NCBI GenBank assembly: GCA_015055835.1
Contig: SVHJ01000003.1
Location: 13,257 to 77,256, forward strand
Reading direction: 5' to 3'
DNA length: 64,000 nt
Source: Clostridiales bacterium
Lineage (GTDB): Bacteria; Bacillota; Clostridia; Christensenellales; Borkfalkiaceae
Shown: one piece after another, positions 27,128 through 36,351 of the stretch
Layout: every line of letters starts with the position of its first letter
Position numbering within the stretch: position 1 is the stretch's first letter
Notes under the pieces: model-generated
Databases searched by the model: none
Told to the model about the DNA's origin: nothing
What the model saw: only the letters and a program-made list of their open reading frames with translations
Program-made: the position numbers and the translations under genes

Positions 27128-27850
27128 TTAATTTCTTTGTCTTAACGCCTCAAACACGGCAACACCACACGCAACTGATGCATTAAGAGAATTTACCTTA
27201 CCTTTCATTGGAATTGTTAGAATTTTTTCACACTTTTCTTTAGTTAAACGCTTAACCCCACTATCTTCTCCACCGATAACTAATGCTAAGTTGCCAGTTA
27301 AATCACTTTCGTAAATATTGTCGCCACCAAGTTCAACAGCCATTACCCAGTAACCTGCTTCCTTTAACTTTTCAATCGTGTGGTTAATGTTTACAACTCT
27401 TGCAATTTTTACGTGGTTTAATGCGCCTTCAGATATTCTCATAACTAAATCGTTTACGCTTGCGCTTCTGTTTTTTGTTATTATAATACCGTCAACCCCT
27501 GCACATTCGCAAACTCTTATGATACTACCAAGGTTATGTGGGTCTAAAACTTCATTAAGTAAAACTATAAACCCGTCTTTACCCTTTTTTTGTACGGTTT
27601 CAATAATATCTTCAACGTCAACGTAACTGTATTCACTAACAAATGCTATAAAACCTTGATGTTTTTTAGATTGACTTTCTTTATCTAAAACAAAAGTATC
27701 TGCAAATTGAATTTTTATTTTATATTCGCGAATTATATCAATAAGTTTTTTAGACTCAGCATCTCTAAGCCCGTTTTGTACTAAAATTTTGTCAATATCT
27801 CTATCAGTTTTTAATAACTCTCTTACTGCATTTCTGCCTTCTACTTTCAT
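27128..27850 (-). CDS. rlmB: 23S rRNA (guanosine-2'-O)-methyltransferase, RlmB/TrmH family
   Basis: SpoU_sub_bind-type N-terminus, DPHNLGSIIRVCECAG, LVIGGEDSGV and NSLNASVACGVAVFE motifs. Confidence 0.85.
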   Translation of the reverse strand: MKVEGRNAVRELLKTDRDIDKILVQNGLRDAESKKLIDIIREYKIKIQFADTFVLDKESQSKKHQGFIAFVSEYSYVDVEDIIETVQKKGKDGFIVLLNEVLDPHNLGSIIRVCECAGVDGIIITKNRSASVNDLVMRISEGALNHVKIARVVNINHTIEKLKEAGYWVMAVELGGDNIYESDLTGNLALVIGGEDSGVKRLTKEKCEKILTIPMKGKVNSLNASVACGVAVFEALRQRN

Positions 27851-27851
27851 T

Positions 27852-28244
27852 TTAACCCCTGTAATTTAATAAATAATTTAATCTTTCAATTTGTCCCGTT
27901 ACGTATAAATAACCTAAAACGGCTTCAAACCCTGTGGACATATTGTATTCTCTTACCGTTGCACTTTTTGCTTTGGTTGGTTTTTTGCTATTTCTACCCC
28001 TTTTATAGACCATAAGTTCTTCTTCTGTTAAAACTGGAAGAAGTTTATCTATAAAAAGTGCTTGGGAAGACGCTCTAACTTCACTAGTAACGGCTTTATT
28101 CATTTCACTAGTTTTTAAGTCGGTACTAAATGCAAGTTTTTCCCTTGAATATAAAGAATATACTGCGTCACCTACAAACGCTAAGGTAATTGCGTTCATA
28201 TTAAGCGCTTTTTCTTTTTTTATTGTATCTCCAAGATTGAACAA
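27852..28244 (-). CDS. mrnC: Mini-ribonuclease 3
   Basis: LAFVGDAVYSLYSRE RNase III-like signature; 130 aa; located upstream of rlmB. The track start is a TTG, and an ATG 15 codons downstream is an alternative start. Confidence 0.8.
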   Translation of the reverse strand: MFNLGDTIKKEKALNMNAITLAFVGDAVYSLYSREKLAFSTDLKTSEMNKAVTSEVRASSQALFIDKLLPVLTEEELMVYKRGRNSKKPTKAKSATVREYNMSTGFEAVLGYLYVTGQIERLNYLLNYRG

Positions 28245-28356
28245 GCAATACTCCCCCTATTTTCATAATTTAACCCTTTTATTTTATCATATACTTAAAA
28301 AAATTACAATAAAAAGCCCCAAACTTTTTTATTAAATAGATAAGTTTGGGGATATT

Positions 28357-29067
28357 CTAAACGTTAAAACCATATGAAGTTGTTGTGCTTAAGTAATCTA
28401 TTATGCCCTTAAAAATTGCATAGGCTATTTTTTCTTGATATTCTTCGGTAATTAAAAGGTTTTCATCTTCTTTATTTGATAAAAAACCACATTCAACAAG
28501 CGCTGACGGATATTGATGACTGTTTAGTATATAATAATCTCCTTTTAATATAGAACACTCTCTGCTTGCTTCTTCCATATTGTTTAGACTTTGTTGAAGT
28601 TTTTTTGCAAAAGATTTTGATTCTTCCTTTCCTTCATCAAAAAACACTTGCGCGCCACGGCGTGATGGTAATGAATAGTAGTTTTGGTGTATTGAAAGCA
28701 CTAAGTTTGGATTTACACTTTCAATAATTTCCTTTCTTTTTAGCATATCTTTTCTTTTACGATTTTTGGTTGCTAAACCGTAAAGACCGTTGGAAGATTC
28801 CCTAGTTAAAACGACTTTTATCCCTGCTTTTATAAGGTTGTTTTTTACCTTTTTTGTTATAGATAAATTAAGTTCACTCTCTTTTGCCCCTGTATATCTT
28901 CCAGTTACACCGTTGTCAATACCACCGTGCCCTGCATCTAACACTACTGTTATTTCTTTATTATCTACGGTTGAGTTACTTGTTACCCCTATTATACATA
29001 AAGTAAACGCAACTACTGATAGCACTAAAATTATTGATATTATTCTACTTCTTTTAACTAAAAACAT
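28357..29067 (-). CDS. cwlD: N-acetylmuramoyl-L-alanine amidase (Amidase_3), CwlD-like
   Basis: N-terminal TM helix, then VVLDAGHGGIDNG, SIHQN and VECGFLSN motifs. The size (236 aa) and architecture match germination-specific CwlD. Confidence 0.7.
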   Translation of the reverse strand: MFLVKRSRIISIILVLSVVAFTLCIIGVTSNSTVDNKEITVVLDAGHGGIDNGVTGRYTGAKESELNLSITKKVKNNLIKAGIKVVLTRESSNGLYGLATKNRKRKDMLKRKEIIESVNPNLVLSIHQNYYSLPSRRGAQVFFDEGKEESKSFAKKLQQSLNNMEEASRECSILKGDYYILNSHQYPSALVECGFLSNKEDENLLITEEYQEKIAYAIFKGIIDYLSTTTSYGFNV

Positions 29068-29110
29068 AACTGTTAATAAAATATTAAGTTTTTAGCTTTT
29101 TTATGATAAC

Positions 29111-29140
29111 AAAAAAAGGATAGTTACCTATCCTTTTTTA
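29111..29140 (-). terminator. Rho-independent terminator ending the hydrogenase operon
   Basis: Minus-strand RNA has AGGATAG-GTAA-CTATCCT followed by T7, 18 nt after the hydA stop. Confidence 0.75.
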
Positions 29141-29157
29141 TTTTTTTAAGTCAAATC

Positions 29158-30891
29158 TTAATACTTTTTCTTAGCAGTGTAAGTTGTATGAAGAACTTCG
29201 TGAGCGATATGGCTACCTGGTTTTTCGAAATAGCTATCGTATAATTCCTTAATATAAGGGTTATCGTGGCTCTTTCTAAGCTTAGAGTCTTTATCTTGAT
29301 TGTAAAGTACGCTTGCTCTTAATGCCTTGTAGTCAACGTTCTTTCTTGTGTAGTTATCAATGATTGGTTGACCACCACCGTTGATACATCCACCTGGACA
29401 GCACATGATTTCAATAAATTGATAATCTGCTTCGCCATTTCTAATCTTATCGCAAAGAACTTTTGCGTTAGATAATCCACTTGCTACTGCTACTTTAACG
29501 TCTAAGCCACCTACGTTGTAAGAAGCTTCCTTAATACCTTCTAAACCTCTAACTTCAGTAAAGTCTAAAGCAGGAAGTTCTTTACCAGTGATAGTTTCAA
29601 CTGCAGTTCTTAAAGCTGCTTCCATAACACCACCAGTTACACCGAAGATAACACCAGCGCCTGAGAATTCACCGATTGGGCTATCAAATTCGCCATCTGC
29701 TAATTCGTTGAAGATAATGCCACGTTGCTTAATGAACTTAGCAAGTTCTCTAGTAGTTAATACAGCATCAATATCAGGTACGCCAGCTGCATTTTGGTCG
29801 TTTCTATTCTTTTCGCCTTTCTTTGCAGTACAAGGCATTACAGATACAACGTAAATGTCTTTTGGATCAATACCTGCTTTCTTAGCAAAGTAAGTTTTAA
29901 CAACTGCACCGAACATTTGTTGTGGTGACTTACAAGTACTGATGTTGCCGATTAGGTCTGGATAATATCTTTCCATAAAGTTAATCCATCCTGGTGAACA
30001 GCTTGTAATCATTGGAAGTTTGCCACCGTTTTGAATTCTTTCAATAAGTTCGTGACTTTCTTCTAAAATTGTTAAGTCTGCAGTAAAGTTAACGTCAAAT
30101 ACTTTCTTAAAGCCTAACATTCTTAATGCAGTAGCCATCTTGCCTTCTACGTTAGTTCCGATTGGATAACCGAATTCTTCACCTAAAGCTGCTCTTACTG
30201 ATGGAGCTGATGCTACTACAACGTACTTATTAGGATCTGCTAAAGCTTCCTTAACGTTGTCAATTTCTTCTTTTTCATGTAAAGCGCCTGTAGGACAAAC
30301 GTTAATACATTGACCACATGCTACACATGGAACGTCGCTCAAATTATTTTCAAATTCACAAGCGATATGAGTTGCAAAACCTCTATCATTAGCACCGATA
30401 ACACCAACTGTTTGAAGTTTGTTACATACTGCAACACATCTTCTACATAAAATACATTTTGTGTTATCTCTTACTAAATAATCAGTAGATTCGTCCTTTT
30501 CAAACTTGCTTACTGCGCCTTGATATGCTTTAGTATCGCAACCGTATTCTTTTGATAATTCTTGTAATTCACAGTTTAAGTTTCTGTCACAAGATAAGCA
30601 ATCTTTTCTGTGGTTAGAAAGAATTAATTCTAACGTTGCCTTTCTTGATTTGAATACCTTTTCAGAATTTGTGATTACTTCCATTCCTTCTGCTACTGGA
30701 TATACACATGCTGCAGCCATACTTCTTGCGCCTTTAACTTCTACAACGCAGATACGACATGCACCGATTTCGTTGATATCCTTCATATAACAAAGGGTAG
30801 GAATCTTTATTCCTGCAACTTTTGCAGCTTCAAGTATTGTTGTTCCTTCTGGAACGCTTACACTAATACCGTTTATCTTTAAATTAACCAT
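29158..30891 (-). CDS. hydA: [FeFe] hydrogenase catalytic subunit (HydA, group A multimeric/bifurcating type)
   Basis: N-terminal [2Fe-2S] plus His-ligated and 2x[4Fe-4S] ferredoxin modules. H-domain motifs are TSCSPGW, MPCTAKKGE and EIMCCPGGCINGGGQP. Located directly downstream of the NuoF-like hydB. Confidence 0.9.
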   Translation of the reverse strand: MVNLKINGISVSVPEGTTILEAAKVAGIKIPTLCYMKDINEIGACRICVVEVKGARSMAAACVYPVAEGMEVITNSEKVFKSRKATLELILSNHRKDCLSCDRNLNCELQELSKEYGCDTKAYQGAVSKFEKDESTDYLVRDNTKCILCRRCVAVCNKLQTVGVIGANDRGFATHIACEFENNLSDVPCVACGQCINVCPTGALHEKEEIDNVKEALADPNKYVVVASAPSVRAALGEEFGYPIGTNVEGKMATALRMLGFKKVFDVNFTADLTILEESHELIERIQNGGKLPMITSCSPGWINFMERYYPDLIGNISTCKSPQQMFGAVVKTYFAKKAGIDPKDIYVVSVMPCTAKKGEKNRNDQNAAGVPDIDAVLTTRELAKFIKQRGIIFNELADGEFDSPIGEFSGAGVIFGVTGGVMEAALRTAVETITGKELPALDFTEVRGLEGIKEASYNVGGLDVKVAVASGLSNAKVLCDKIRNGEADYQFIEIMCCPGGCINGGGQPIIDNYTRKNVDYKALRASVLYNQDKDSKLRKSHDNPYIKELYDSYFEKPGSHIAHEVLHTTYTAKKKY

Positions 30892-30909
30892 TCTTATATC
30901 CTCCCAATC

Positions 30910-32715
30910 TTAGCCCTTTGAAATAGCATTGAATTTACACTTTTCAATACAAGCGCCACACTTAACACAAGCATCTGTAATCTTGTATGAAGGTAATTTG
31001 TGTCCTTGTGCTATGTAATCAGTCTTAACGATTGCACTTGCAGGACATTGTTTAGCGCACATACCACAACCAATACACTTTTCTTTATCAATACTGAATT
31101 TTAATAAATCTTTACATACGCCTGCAGGACATCTCTTTTCCTTAACGTGTGCTTCGTATTCATCTCTAAAGTATCTTAAAGTTGAAAGTACTGGGTTTGG
31201 TGCAGTTTGTCCTAAACCACAAAGAGCGTTTTCTTTGATGTAATAACAAAGTTCTTCCATCTTGTCTATATCTTCCATAGTTGCTTGACCTTTTGTAATC
31301 TTATCTAAGTATTCTAATAATCTCTTTGTACCGATACGGCAAGGAGTACACTTACCACAAGATTCATCAACGGTAAATTCTAAGAAGAACTTAGCAATAT
31401 CAACCATACAGTTGTCTTCGTCCATTACGATAAGTCCACCTGAACCCATCATTGAACCGATTGACATAAGTGTATCGTAGTCAATTGGAGTATCAATTAA
31501 TGATGCTGGAATACATCCACCAGAAGGTCCACCTGTTTGAGCAGCTTTGAACTTCTTACCGTTTGGAATACCACCACCGATTTCATATACAACTTCTTTT
31601 AAAGTAGTACCCATTGGGATTTCTACTAGACCAGTATTAACAATTTTACCACCTAGAGCGAATACCTTTGTACCCTTACTCTTTTCAGTTCCCATTTGAG
31701 TAAACCAGTCAGCACCCTTTAAGATGATTTGAGAAATATTCGCATAAGTTTCTACGTTGTTAAGTAGAGTTGGCTTACCAAATAAACCTTTAACTGCTGG
31801 GAATGGAGGTCTTGGTCTTGGTTCACCTCTGTGACCTTCGATACTTGTCATAAGTGCAGTTTCTTCACCACAAACGAATGCACCTGCACCAAGACGAATG
31901 TCTAGGTCGAAACAGAAATCTGTTCCTAAAATATTTTTACCAAGTAATCCGTATTCACGTGCTTGGTCGATTGCTATTTGTAATCTGTTAACTGCGATTG
32001 GATATTCAGCTCTGATATAAACGTAACCTTGAGTTGCGCCTACTGCATAACCTGCGATAGTCATTGCTTCAACTACTGCGTGTGGGTCACCTTCTAGAAC
32101 TGATCTGTCCATGAACGCACCTGGGTCACCTTCGTCGGCATTACAACATACGTACTTTTGGTCGCCCTTTGCGTCTTTTGTGAATTGCCATTTTAAACCA
32201 GTTGAGAAACCACCGCCACCACGGCCTCTTAATCCTGACTTCTTGATTTCATCAATAACTTCTTGTGGAGTCATTTCTGTTAAAGCCTTAATTAATGCTT
32301 GATAACCATCGTAAGCAATATATTCATCAATGTTTTCTGGGTTTATAACACCACAGTTTCTTAAAGCTACTCTTGTTTGTCTTTTGTAGAAAGTAGTGTC
32401 TGATAAAGCCTTAACTGCTTTGATTTCTTCTGGTTCTTTGTGTAATAATCTTTCAACAATTCTACCTTTACCGATATGTTCTGATACGATTTCTTTTACG
32501 TCTTCTACTTGAACTTGGCTATAGAAAGCACCTTCTGGATATACGATTACAACTGGACCTTTTGCACATAAACCAAAACAACCAGTTTGAATTACTTGTA
32601 CGTCGTTTTCAAGACCTTGTGCTTTTGCTTGCGCTGCAAATTCTGCTAGGATTTCGCCACTGTTATTTGAGTGACAACCTGTACCACCACAAACTAAAAT
32701 ATGATTCTTAAACAT
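30910..32715 (-). CDS. hydB: NADH-binding flavoprotein subunit of bifurcating hydrogenase (NuoF-like, HydB)
   Basis: N-terminal thioredoxin-like [2Fe-2S] domain (CGGTGC...CFGLC), FMN/NAD site GRGGGGFSTGLKW, ESCGKCTPCR, and C-terminal 2x[4Fe-4S] (CIGCGMCAKQCP, CVKCGACIEKC). 601 aa. Confidence 0.9.
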   Translation of the reverse strand: MFKNHILVCGGTGCHSNNSGEILAEFAAQAKAQGLENDVQVIQTGCFGLCAKGPVVIVYPEGAFYSQVQVEDVKEIVSEHIGKGRIVERLLHKEPEEIKAVKALSDTTFYKRQTRVALRNCGVINPENIDEYIAYDGYQALIKALTEMTPQEVIDEIKKSGLRGRGGGGFSTGLKWQFTKDAKGDQKYVCCNADEGDPGAFMDRSVLEGDPHAVVEAMTIAGYAVGATQGYVYIRAEYPIAVNRLQIAIDQAREYGLLGKNILGTDFCFDLDIRLGAGAFVCGEETALMTSIEGHRGEPRPRPPFPAVKGLFGKPTLLNNVETYANISQIILKGADWFTQMGTEKSKGTKVFALGGKIVNTGLVEIPMGTTLKEVVYEIGGGIPNGKKFKAAQTGGPSGGCIPASLIDTPIDYDTLMSIGSMMGSGGLIVMDEDNCMVDIAKFFLEFTVDESCGKCTPCRIGTKRLLEYLDKITKGQATMEDIDKMEELCYYIKENALCGLGQTAPNPVLSTLRYFRDEYEAHVKEKRCPAGVCKDLLKFSIDKEKCIGCGMCAKQCPASAIVKTDYIAQGHKLPSYKITDACVKCGACIEKCKFNAISKG

Positions 32716-32731
32716 TTATTTTCACTCCTAA

Positions 32732-33103
32732 TTATTCTTCGTCGTTGATAAGATACTCTTTGCAAACGTTACCATTTACAATATGGTTTACAATGATGTT
32801 CATTGCCTTTTCGCTATCTACGTGAACGTAAGTTACTTTTTCTTGATTTGGTACGAATACTTCAACGATAGGTTCTAATTTACACATACCTAAGCATCCG
32901 GTTCTTGTAACTTTTACGTTAGTAAGTTTACGTTTTGCAACTTCGTCAATCAATGTGTTGAAAACAGGTCTTGCACCAGCTGAAATACCACAAGTAGCCA
33001 TACCTACAACTACTCTGATTTCGTTGGTTTCATCATTGTCTCTCAAAATGATTTCAGACTGCATCTTGTCTCTAATTGCCTTAATGTCTGCTATGCTTTT
33101 CAT
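32732..33103 (-). CDS. Thioredoxin-like [2Fe-2S] ferredoxin domain protein
   Basis: The 123-aa protein has MATCGISAGA ... TGCLGMCKLEPIV, with spacing typical of NuoE/HydC-related (2Fe-2S) proteins encoded in hyd operons. Confidence 0.7.
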   Translation of the reverse strand: MKSIADIKAIRDKMQSEIILRDNDETNEIRVVVGMATCGISAGARPVFNTLIDEVAKRKLTNVKVTRTGCLGMCKLEPIVEVFVPNQEKVTYVHVDSEKAMNIIVNHIVNGNVCKEYLINDEE

Positions 33104-33654
33104 AATGAAAACCCTCCAATACTTAACTTTATATTTTCTTTTATTAAATCCTTAATAAATATAAGAACGTCCGGCGTATCTATTGGTATAGCGTCGCCTA
33201 ACTCTTCTTTTACTTCTTTGGTTGAGAGTACAAATTCTTCCTCTCCTTCTAACTCATACCTAAAAGTTAGTTCTGCGCCTTTTAAGTCTGCTATTAACGA
33301 TACTATCGTTTCAGCAATATCGCCCAAAGGCGGTCTATCTATATGGTTTGTCTTAAAAGATGCCGTTAAAGTTGTTCCAACCCCTTTTGTTGATTGAATA
33401 TCAAAACTTCCTTCACAAAGTTCTGCTTGCATCTTTATAAGTGGTATGCCCATTCCGACCTTTCTTGTCGTTCTTGTTGTCGTAAACGGATCGGTTACCC
33501 TTTTTAGAAACTCTTCATCCATTCCAACGCCGTTATCAATTACCGATATCGTTAAAAAGTTTACGTCCACCTTTACAATAATTTCAATTTCAGTCGCTTT
33601 TGCTTTGAAAGAATTTTCTGCTATATCTAATATGTTCAAAGAAAGTTCTCTCAT
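33100..33654 (-). CDS. GHKL-type ATPase (HATPase_c) protein without a His-phosphotransfer domain
   Basis: N box LNILDIAENS, G1 box VIDNGVGMDEE, G2 box GMGIPL...GVGTTL. No DHp/H-box precedes the ATPase core. Overlaps both neighbouring genes by 4 nt. Confidence 0.7.
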   Translation of the reverse strand: MRELSLNILDIAENSFKAKATEIEIIVKVDVNFLTISVIDNGVGMDEEFLKRVTDPFTTTRTTRKVGMGIPLIKMQAELCEGSFDIQSTKGVGTTLTASFKTNHIDRPPLGDIAETIVSLIADLKGAELTFRYELEGEEEFVLSTKEVKEELGDAIPIDTPDVLIFIKDLIKENIKLSIGGFSL

Positions 33655-34349
33655 TTTTGACCTCTTCTATAATTCCTTAAATAAGAAATTAATGCTTTTG
33701 CCGAATTTTCAGGTAGGTCGATAACGCTTTTTCCTATTCTATCAGTAGTATGAGCGTCAGAATCGACTATTATTAGATAATCTTTGTACCTTTCATACCA
33801 TTCGCCAGTCGCTCTAGTTGAAAGTTCTACTACGTGGAATTCTTCCGTTATAGTTCCTAATATTTGTAACATACTGTTTGCATCCCTATCTATATGTGCA
33901 GGAATTGCAATTCCGTTATGTTCTTTGACTAAATTATATACTTTATGAGAGGGTATTTTTGCATTCATAAGTAAAAGATTTTCTTCTTCCCCTATGATAT
34001 TATCATCTTCGTCGTAAAAATATTGGTTTCCATAAATTTCCGGTTTGTTTTTTACCTTCAAAAACTCAATACTTTTATAACAAGCCTCTAAATCTTCAAA
34101 ACTTTCAAATAAACATAATATATGTATTTCTTCTGCCGTTTGAAGTTCAAATGCAGGGATTACCGTTACCCCATAAAATTCACCGGCTTTTAAGGCAACT
34201 TCTACGTTACCTATGGCGTTATGGTCGGCTATTGCAACCATATCTAAGCCGTTTAATTTTGCCAAGCCTACTATGTCAACGGGCGTCATATCCTTTTCAG
34301 CACAAGGCGATAACCCACTGTGGATATGAAAATCATACTTAAATTGCAT
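33651..34349 (-). CDS. PHP-domain metal-dependent phosphoesterase
   Basis: DFHIHSGLSPCA ... VAIADHN ... PAHIDR ... DSDAH, the histidine/aspartate pattern of the PHP fold. 232 aa. Confidence 0.7.
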   Translation of the reverse strand: MQFKYDFHIHSGLSPCAEKDMTPVDIVGLAKLNGLDMVAIADHNAIGNVEVALKAGEFYGVTVIPAFELQTAEEIHILCLFESFEDLEACYKSIEFLKVKNKPEIYGNQYFYDEDDNIIGEEENLLLMNAKIPSHKVYNLVKEHNGIAIPAHIDRDANSMLQILGTITEEFHVVELSTRATGEWYERYKDYLIIVDSDAHTTDRIGKSVIDLPENSAKALISYLRNYRRGQK

Positions 34350-34665
34350 CTAAATACCTTTTTATTGCATTAAATACGTCATATTCCGTTTTTATAAGGT
34401 TTATTTCTTGTTGCTTGGCCTTTTCTATTATTGCATTATCAACAGCAGCACCTTCACAAACTACTACTACGGCTACGTCGGTTAGCGTTGCTACTGCTAG
34501 AATATTTAAGTTTGTCATAATGGTAAACCACGCTGAATCTTCAGGCGCTCTACCCATTACAAAACTCAATAAATCCCCTGCATAGCCCGTTACAACCTCT
34601 TTATCTCCGTTAGCAATATTAAGTTTGTTTGCATTTAATAATTCTGCTAATTGATTTACTGTCAT
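34339..34665 (-). CDS. DRTGG-like domain protein (copy 2)
   Basis: The 108-aa protein resembles the small DRTGG-domain proteins that accompany hyd operons, and is related to the protein at 36352-36696 (..GYAGDLLSFVMG.., ..VVVVCEG..). The family call was made by eye only. Confidence 0.45.
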   Translation of the reverse strand: MTVNQLAELLNANKLNIANGDKEVVTGYAGDLLSFVMGRAPEDSAWFTIMTNLNILAVATLTDVAVVVVCEGAAVDNAIIEKAKQQEINLIKTEYDVFNAIKRYLDAI

Positions 34666-34668
34666 AAA

Positions 34669-35910
34669 CTACCTATCAAGCATTAAACATTTTGAATCTT
34701 TAGGAATTTTGCCGTTTACTATATCTTCACAAAAAGCCCTACAACTTGGAGCACCACATAACCCACAATCGCTTTGTGGAAGAGTGCTGTAAAGTTTTTG
34801 TATTTCCATCAACTTGTTAAATACTTGTTGTCTATCTTCTACCTTCTTTCCTTTAGTTGTGAAATCAGGTTCTTTTTCCCACTTGTAGTAGTCAAATGAT
34901 TTGCCTACGTCTGCAAGTGTGTTTGCCGTTTGTGGAAACTTACTTCTAAGTCCCCTTAATCTTGCCCTTGCTACAAACGGATTTTCTACGTTCAATACCC
35001 CACCTACGCAACCACTTATACAAGCGTTTAATTCAATAAAATCAACGTCGCTAAGTGAACCGTCTTCAATAGAGTTTAATATTGCTATTACGTTTTCTAT
35101 TCCGTCAGCTGCAAGATATTTTGCTCTGCCAGCGCCAATGGCCTCGCCACTTGATGCCGCCCAGTTAAGTCCTAATACACCCATTTTTGAAAGTTTTTCA
35201 GGCTCTTCAATCTTTTTCATTTCAGGAAGGAGTTTCATATAAACTTCTGATATAGCAAGTACACCGTCAACTAACGGTTTTTCAACCCCTATTCCTGCTT
35301 TTAGCGCAAATACCTTTGCTGGACATGGCGAAATGAAAAATACGCCGATATCTTCTTTAGGAATTCCCCTTTCAATTGCGCTTTCTCTTGCGAGTTTTGC
35401 CGCAACGTCAACTGGTGCTAAAAGTTTTAATAAATTATCTTTTAAATTTTCGTACTTTGCGTATATTAGTTCAAGTACAGCAGGACAAGCCGTGCTGATT
35501 ACTGGCTTTTTAATGGTTTCTTTATTTAATAGTACTTGGGTTGCGTGTGAACAAAGTTCTGCCCCCCTACCTACTTCAAAAACTTCATCAAAACCAAGTC
35601 TTTTTAGTCCTGTTAATACGTAATTTACGTCTTTTAAATTGTTAAATTGTCCATAAAGTGATGGTGCAGGTAAAGCAATTTTATACTTGAAATTGTTAAT
35701 AACTTCAAACTTATCGTAACTTGCAATTTTTGCATGATGAGGGCAAAGTCTAACGCATTCGCCACACCCAATACATTTATCGTAAATTACACTTGCTTTT
35801 CCGTTTCTTACACGTATTGCTTGGGTTGGACACCTTTTCATACAAGTAACACAACCTTTACAACGATTACCGTCAAGCGTTACCGTGTGTAAACTTTTTA
35901 GTTTCTCCAT
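34669..35910 (-). CDS. HydA-like Fe-S protein (2x[4Fe-4S] + Fe-hydrogenase H-domain + C-terminal Cx2Cx4Cx3C motif); putative sensory hydrogenase
   Basis: CKGCVTCMKRCP and CIGCGECVRLCP. H-domain motif equivalents are ISTACPAV, FISPCPAKV and ELNACISGCVGG. The C-terminal LPQSDCGLCGAPSCRAFCEDIVNG resembles the RnfB/PF04060-type Fe-S motif. 413 aa. Confidence 0.7.
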   Translation of the reverse strand: MEKLKSLHTVTLDGNRCKGCVTCMKRCPTQAIRVRNGKASVIYDKCIGCGECVRLCPHHAKIASYDKFEVINNFKYKIALPAPSLYGQFNNLKDVNYVLTGLKRLGFDEVFEVGRGAELCSHATQVLLNKETIKKPVISTACPAVLELIYAKYENLKDNLLKLLAPVDVAAKLARESAIERGIPKEDIGVFFISPCPAKVFALKAGIGVEKPLVDGVLAISEVYMKLLPEMKKIEEPEKLSKMGVLGLNWAASSGEAIGAGRAKYLAADGIENVIAILNSIEDGSLSDVDFIELNACISGCVGGVLNVENPFVARARLRGLRSKFPQTANTLADVGKSFDYYKWEKEPDFTTKGKKVEDRQQVFNKLMEIQKLYSTLPQSDCGLCGAPSCRAFCEDIVNGKIPKDSKCLMLDR

Positions 35911-35928
35911 AACTTTACCTTACGTTAG

Positions 35929-36351
35929 TTAGCGCAAGTTGATTATTAAAGTAACTGTTGTTCCTTTACCAACTTCACTTTCTACTATACACTCATCTGA
36001 GTGTTTTTTCATATTAGGAAGCCCCATTCCAGCACCAAAACCAAGTTGTCTTATATCTTCCGTCGCTGTTGAATAACCAGGTTTCATTGCTAAATCTATA
36101 TCAGCAATTCCTTTACCTGTATCAATTAGTTTTACTACTACTTTGTCAACGTAAATATCGACTAAAGCCTTACCACCGTTTGCGTGTATTACCATATTTA
36201 TTTCGCCTTCATACATGGCTATGGCTACACGTTTGACATCGTCCGGATTGATGCCCATTTCTTTCAATCACGCTTTAACTTTTGCTGTTGCCGTACCTGC
36301 TGATATAAAATTACAGCCGTCAACCTCAAATTCTAAATGTATCTTTTCCAT
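35929..36351 (-). pseudogene. Small GHKL ATPase (anti-sigma/Ser-Thr-kinase-like) interrupted by an in-frame TGA at 36268-36270
   Basis: The ATG (rc of 36349-36351) directly abuts the upstream TAA. Translation gives MEKIHLEFEVDGCNFISAGTATAKVKA-TGA-LKEMGINPDDVKRVAIAMYEGEINMVIHANGG...DTGKGI...GFGAGMGL..., colinear with about 140-aa family members. The ORF track reports only the TTG-started 112-aa distal part. Confidence 0.6.

Noticed and set aside
36268-36270. The in-frame TGA as evidence for a reassigned genetic code (table 4 or 25, TGA = Trp or Gly).
   Set aside because: TGA clearly functions as a stop elsewhere in the window. minD ends with TGA right after its C-terminal amphipathic helix, in an ATGA overlap with minE (12441-12444). 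SGNH paralog 1, the SpoVB-like flippase and the ytxC-like gene also end in TGA at sensible lengths. No other conserved gene is broken by TGA.
36225-36270. Selenocysteine insertion at the in-frame TGA. A weak hairpin GGCAUC-N9-GAUGUC lies about 12 nt downstream.
   Set aside because: In homologues as I remember them, the aligned position is a variable aliphatic or polar residue in a helix, not a redox Cys. The 6-bp stem contains a G-U pair and is unremarkable. No selA/selB/selC/selD genes are visible here. It could only be revived if relatives have Cys at this position and the genome encodes Sec machinery.
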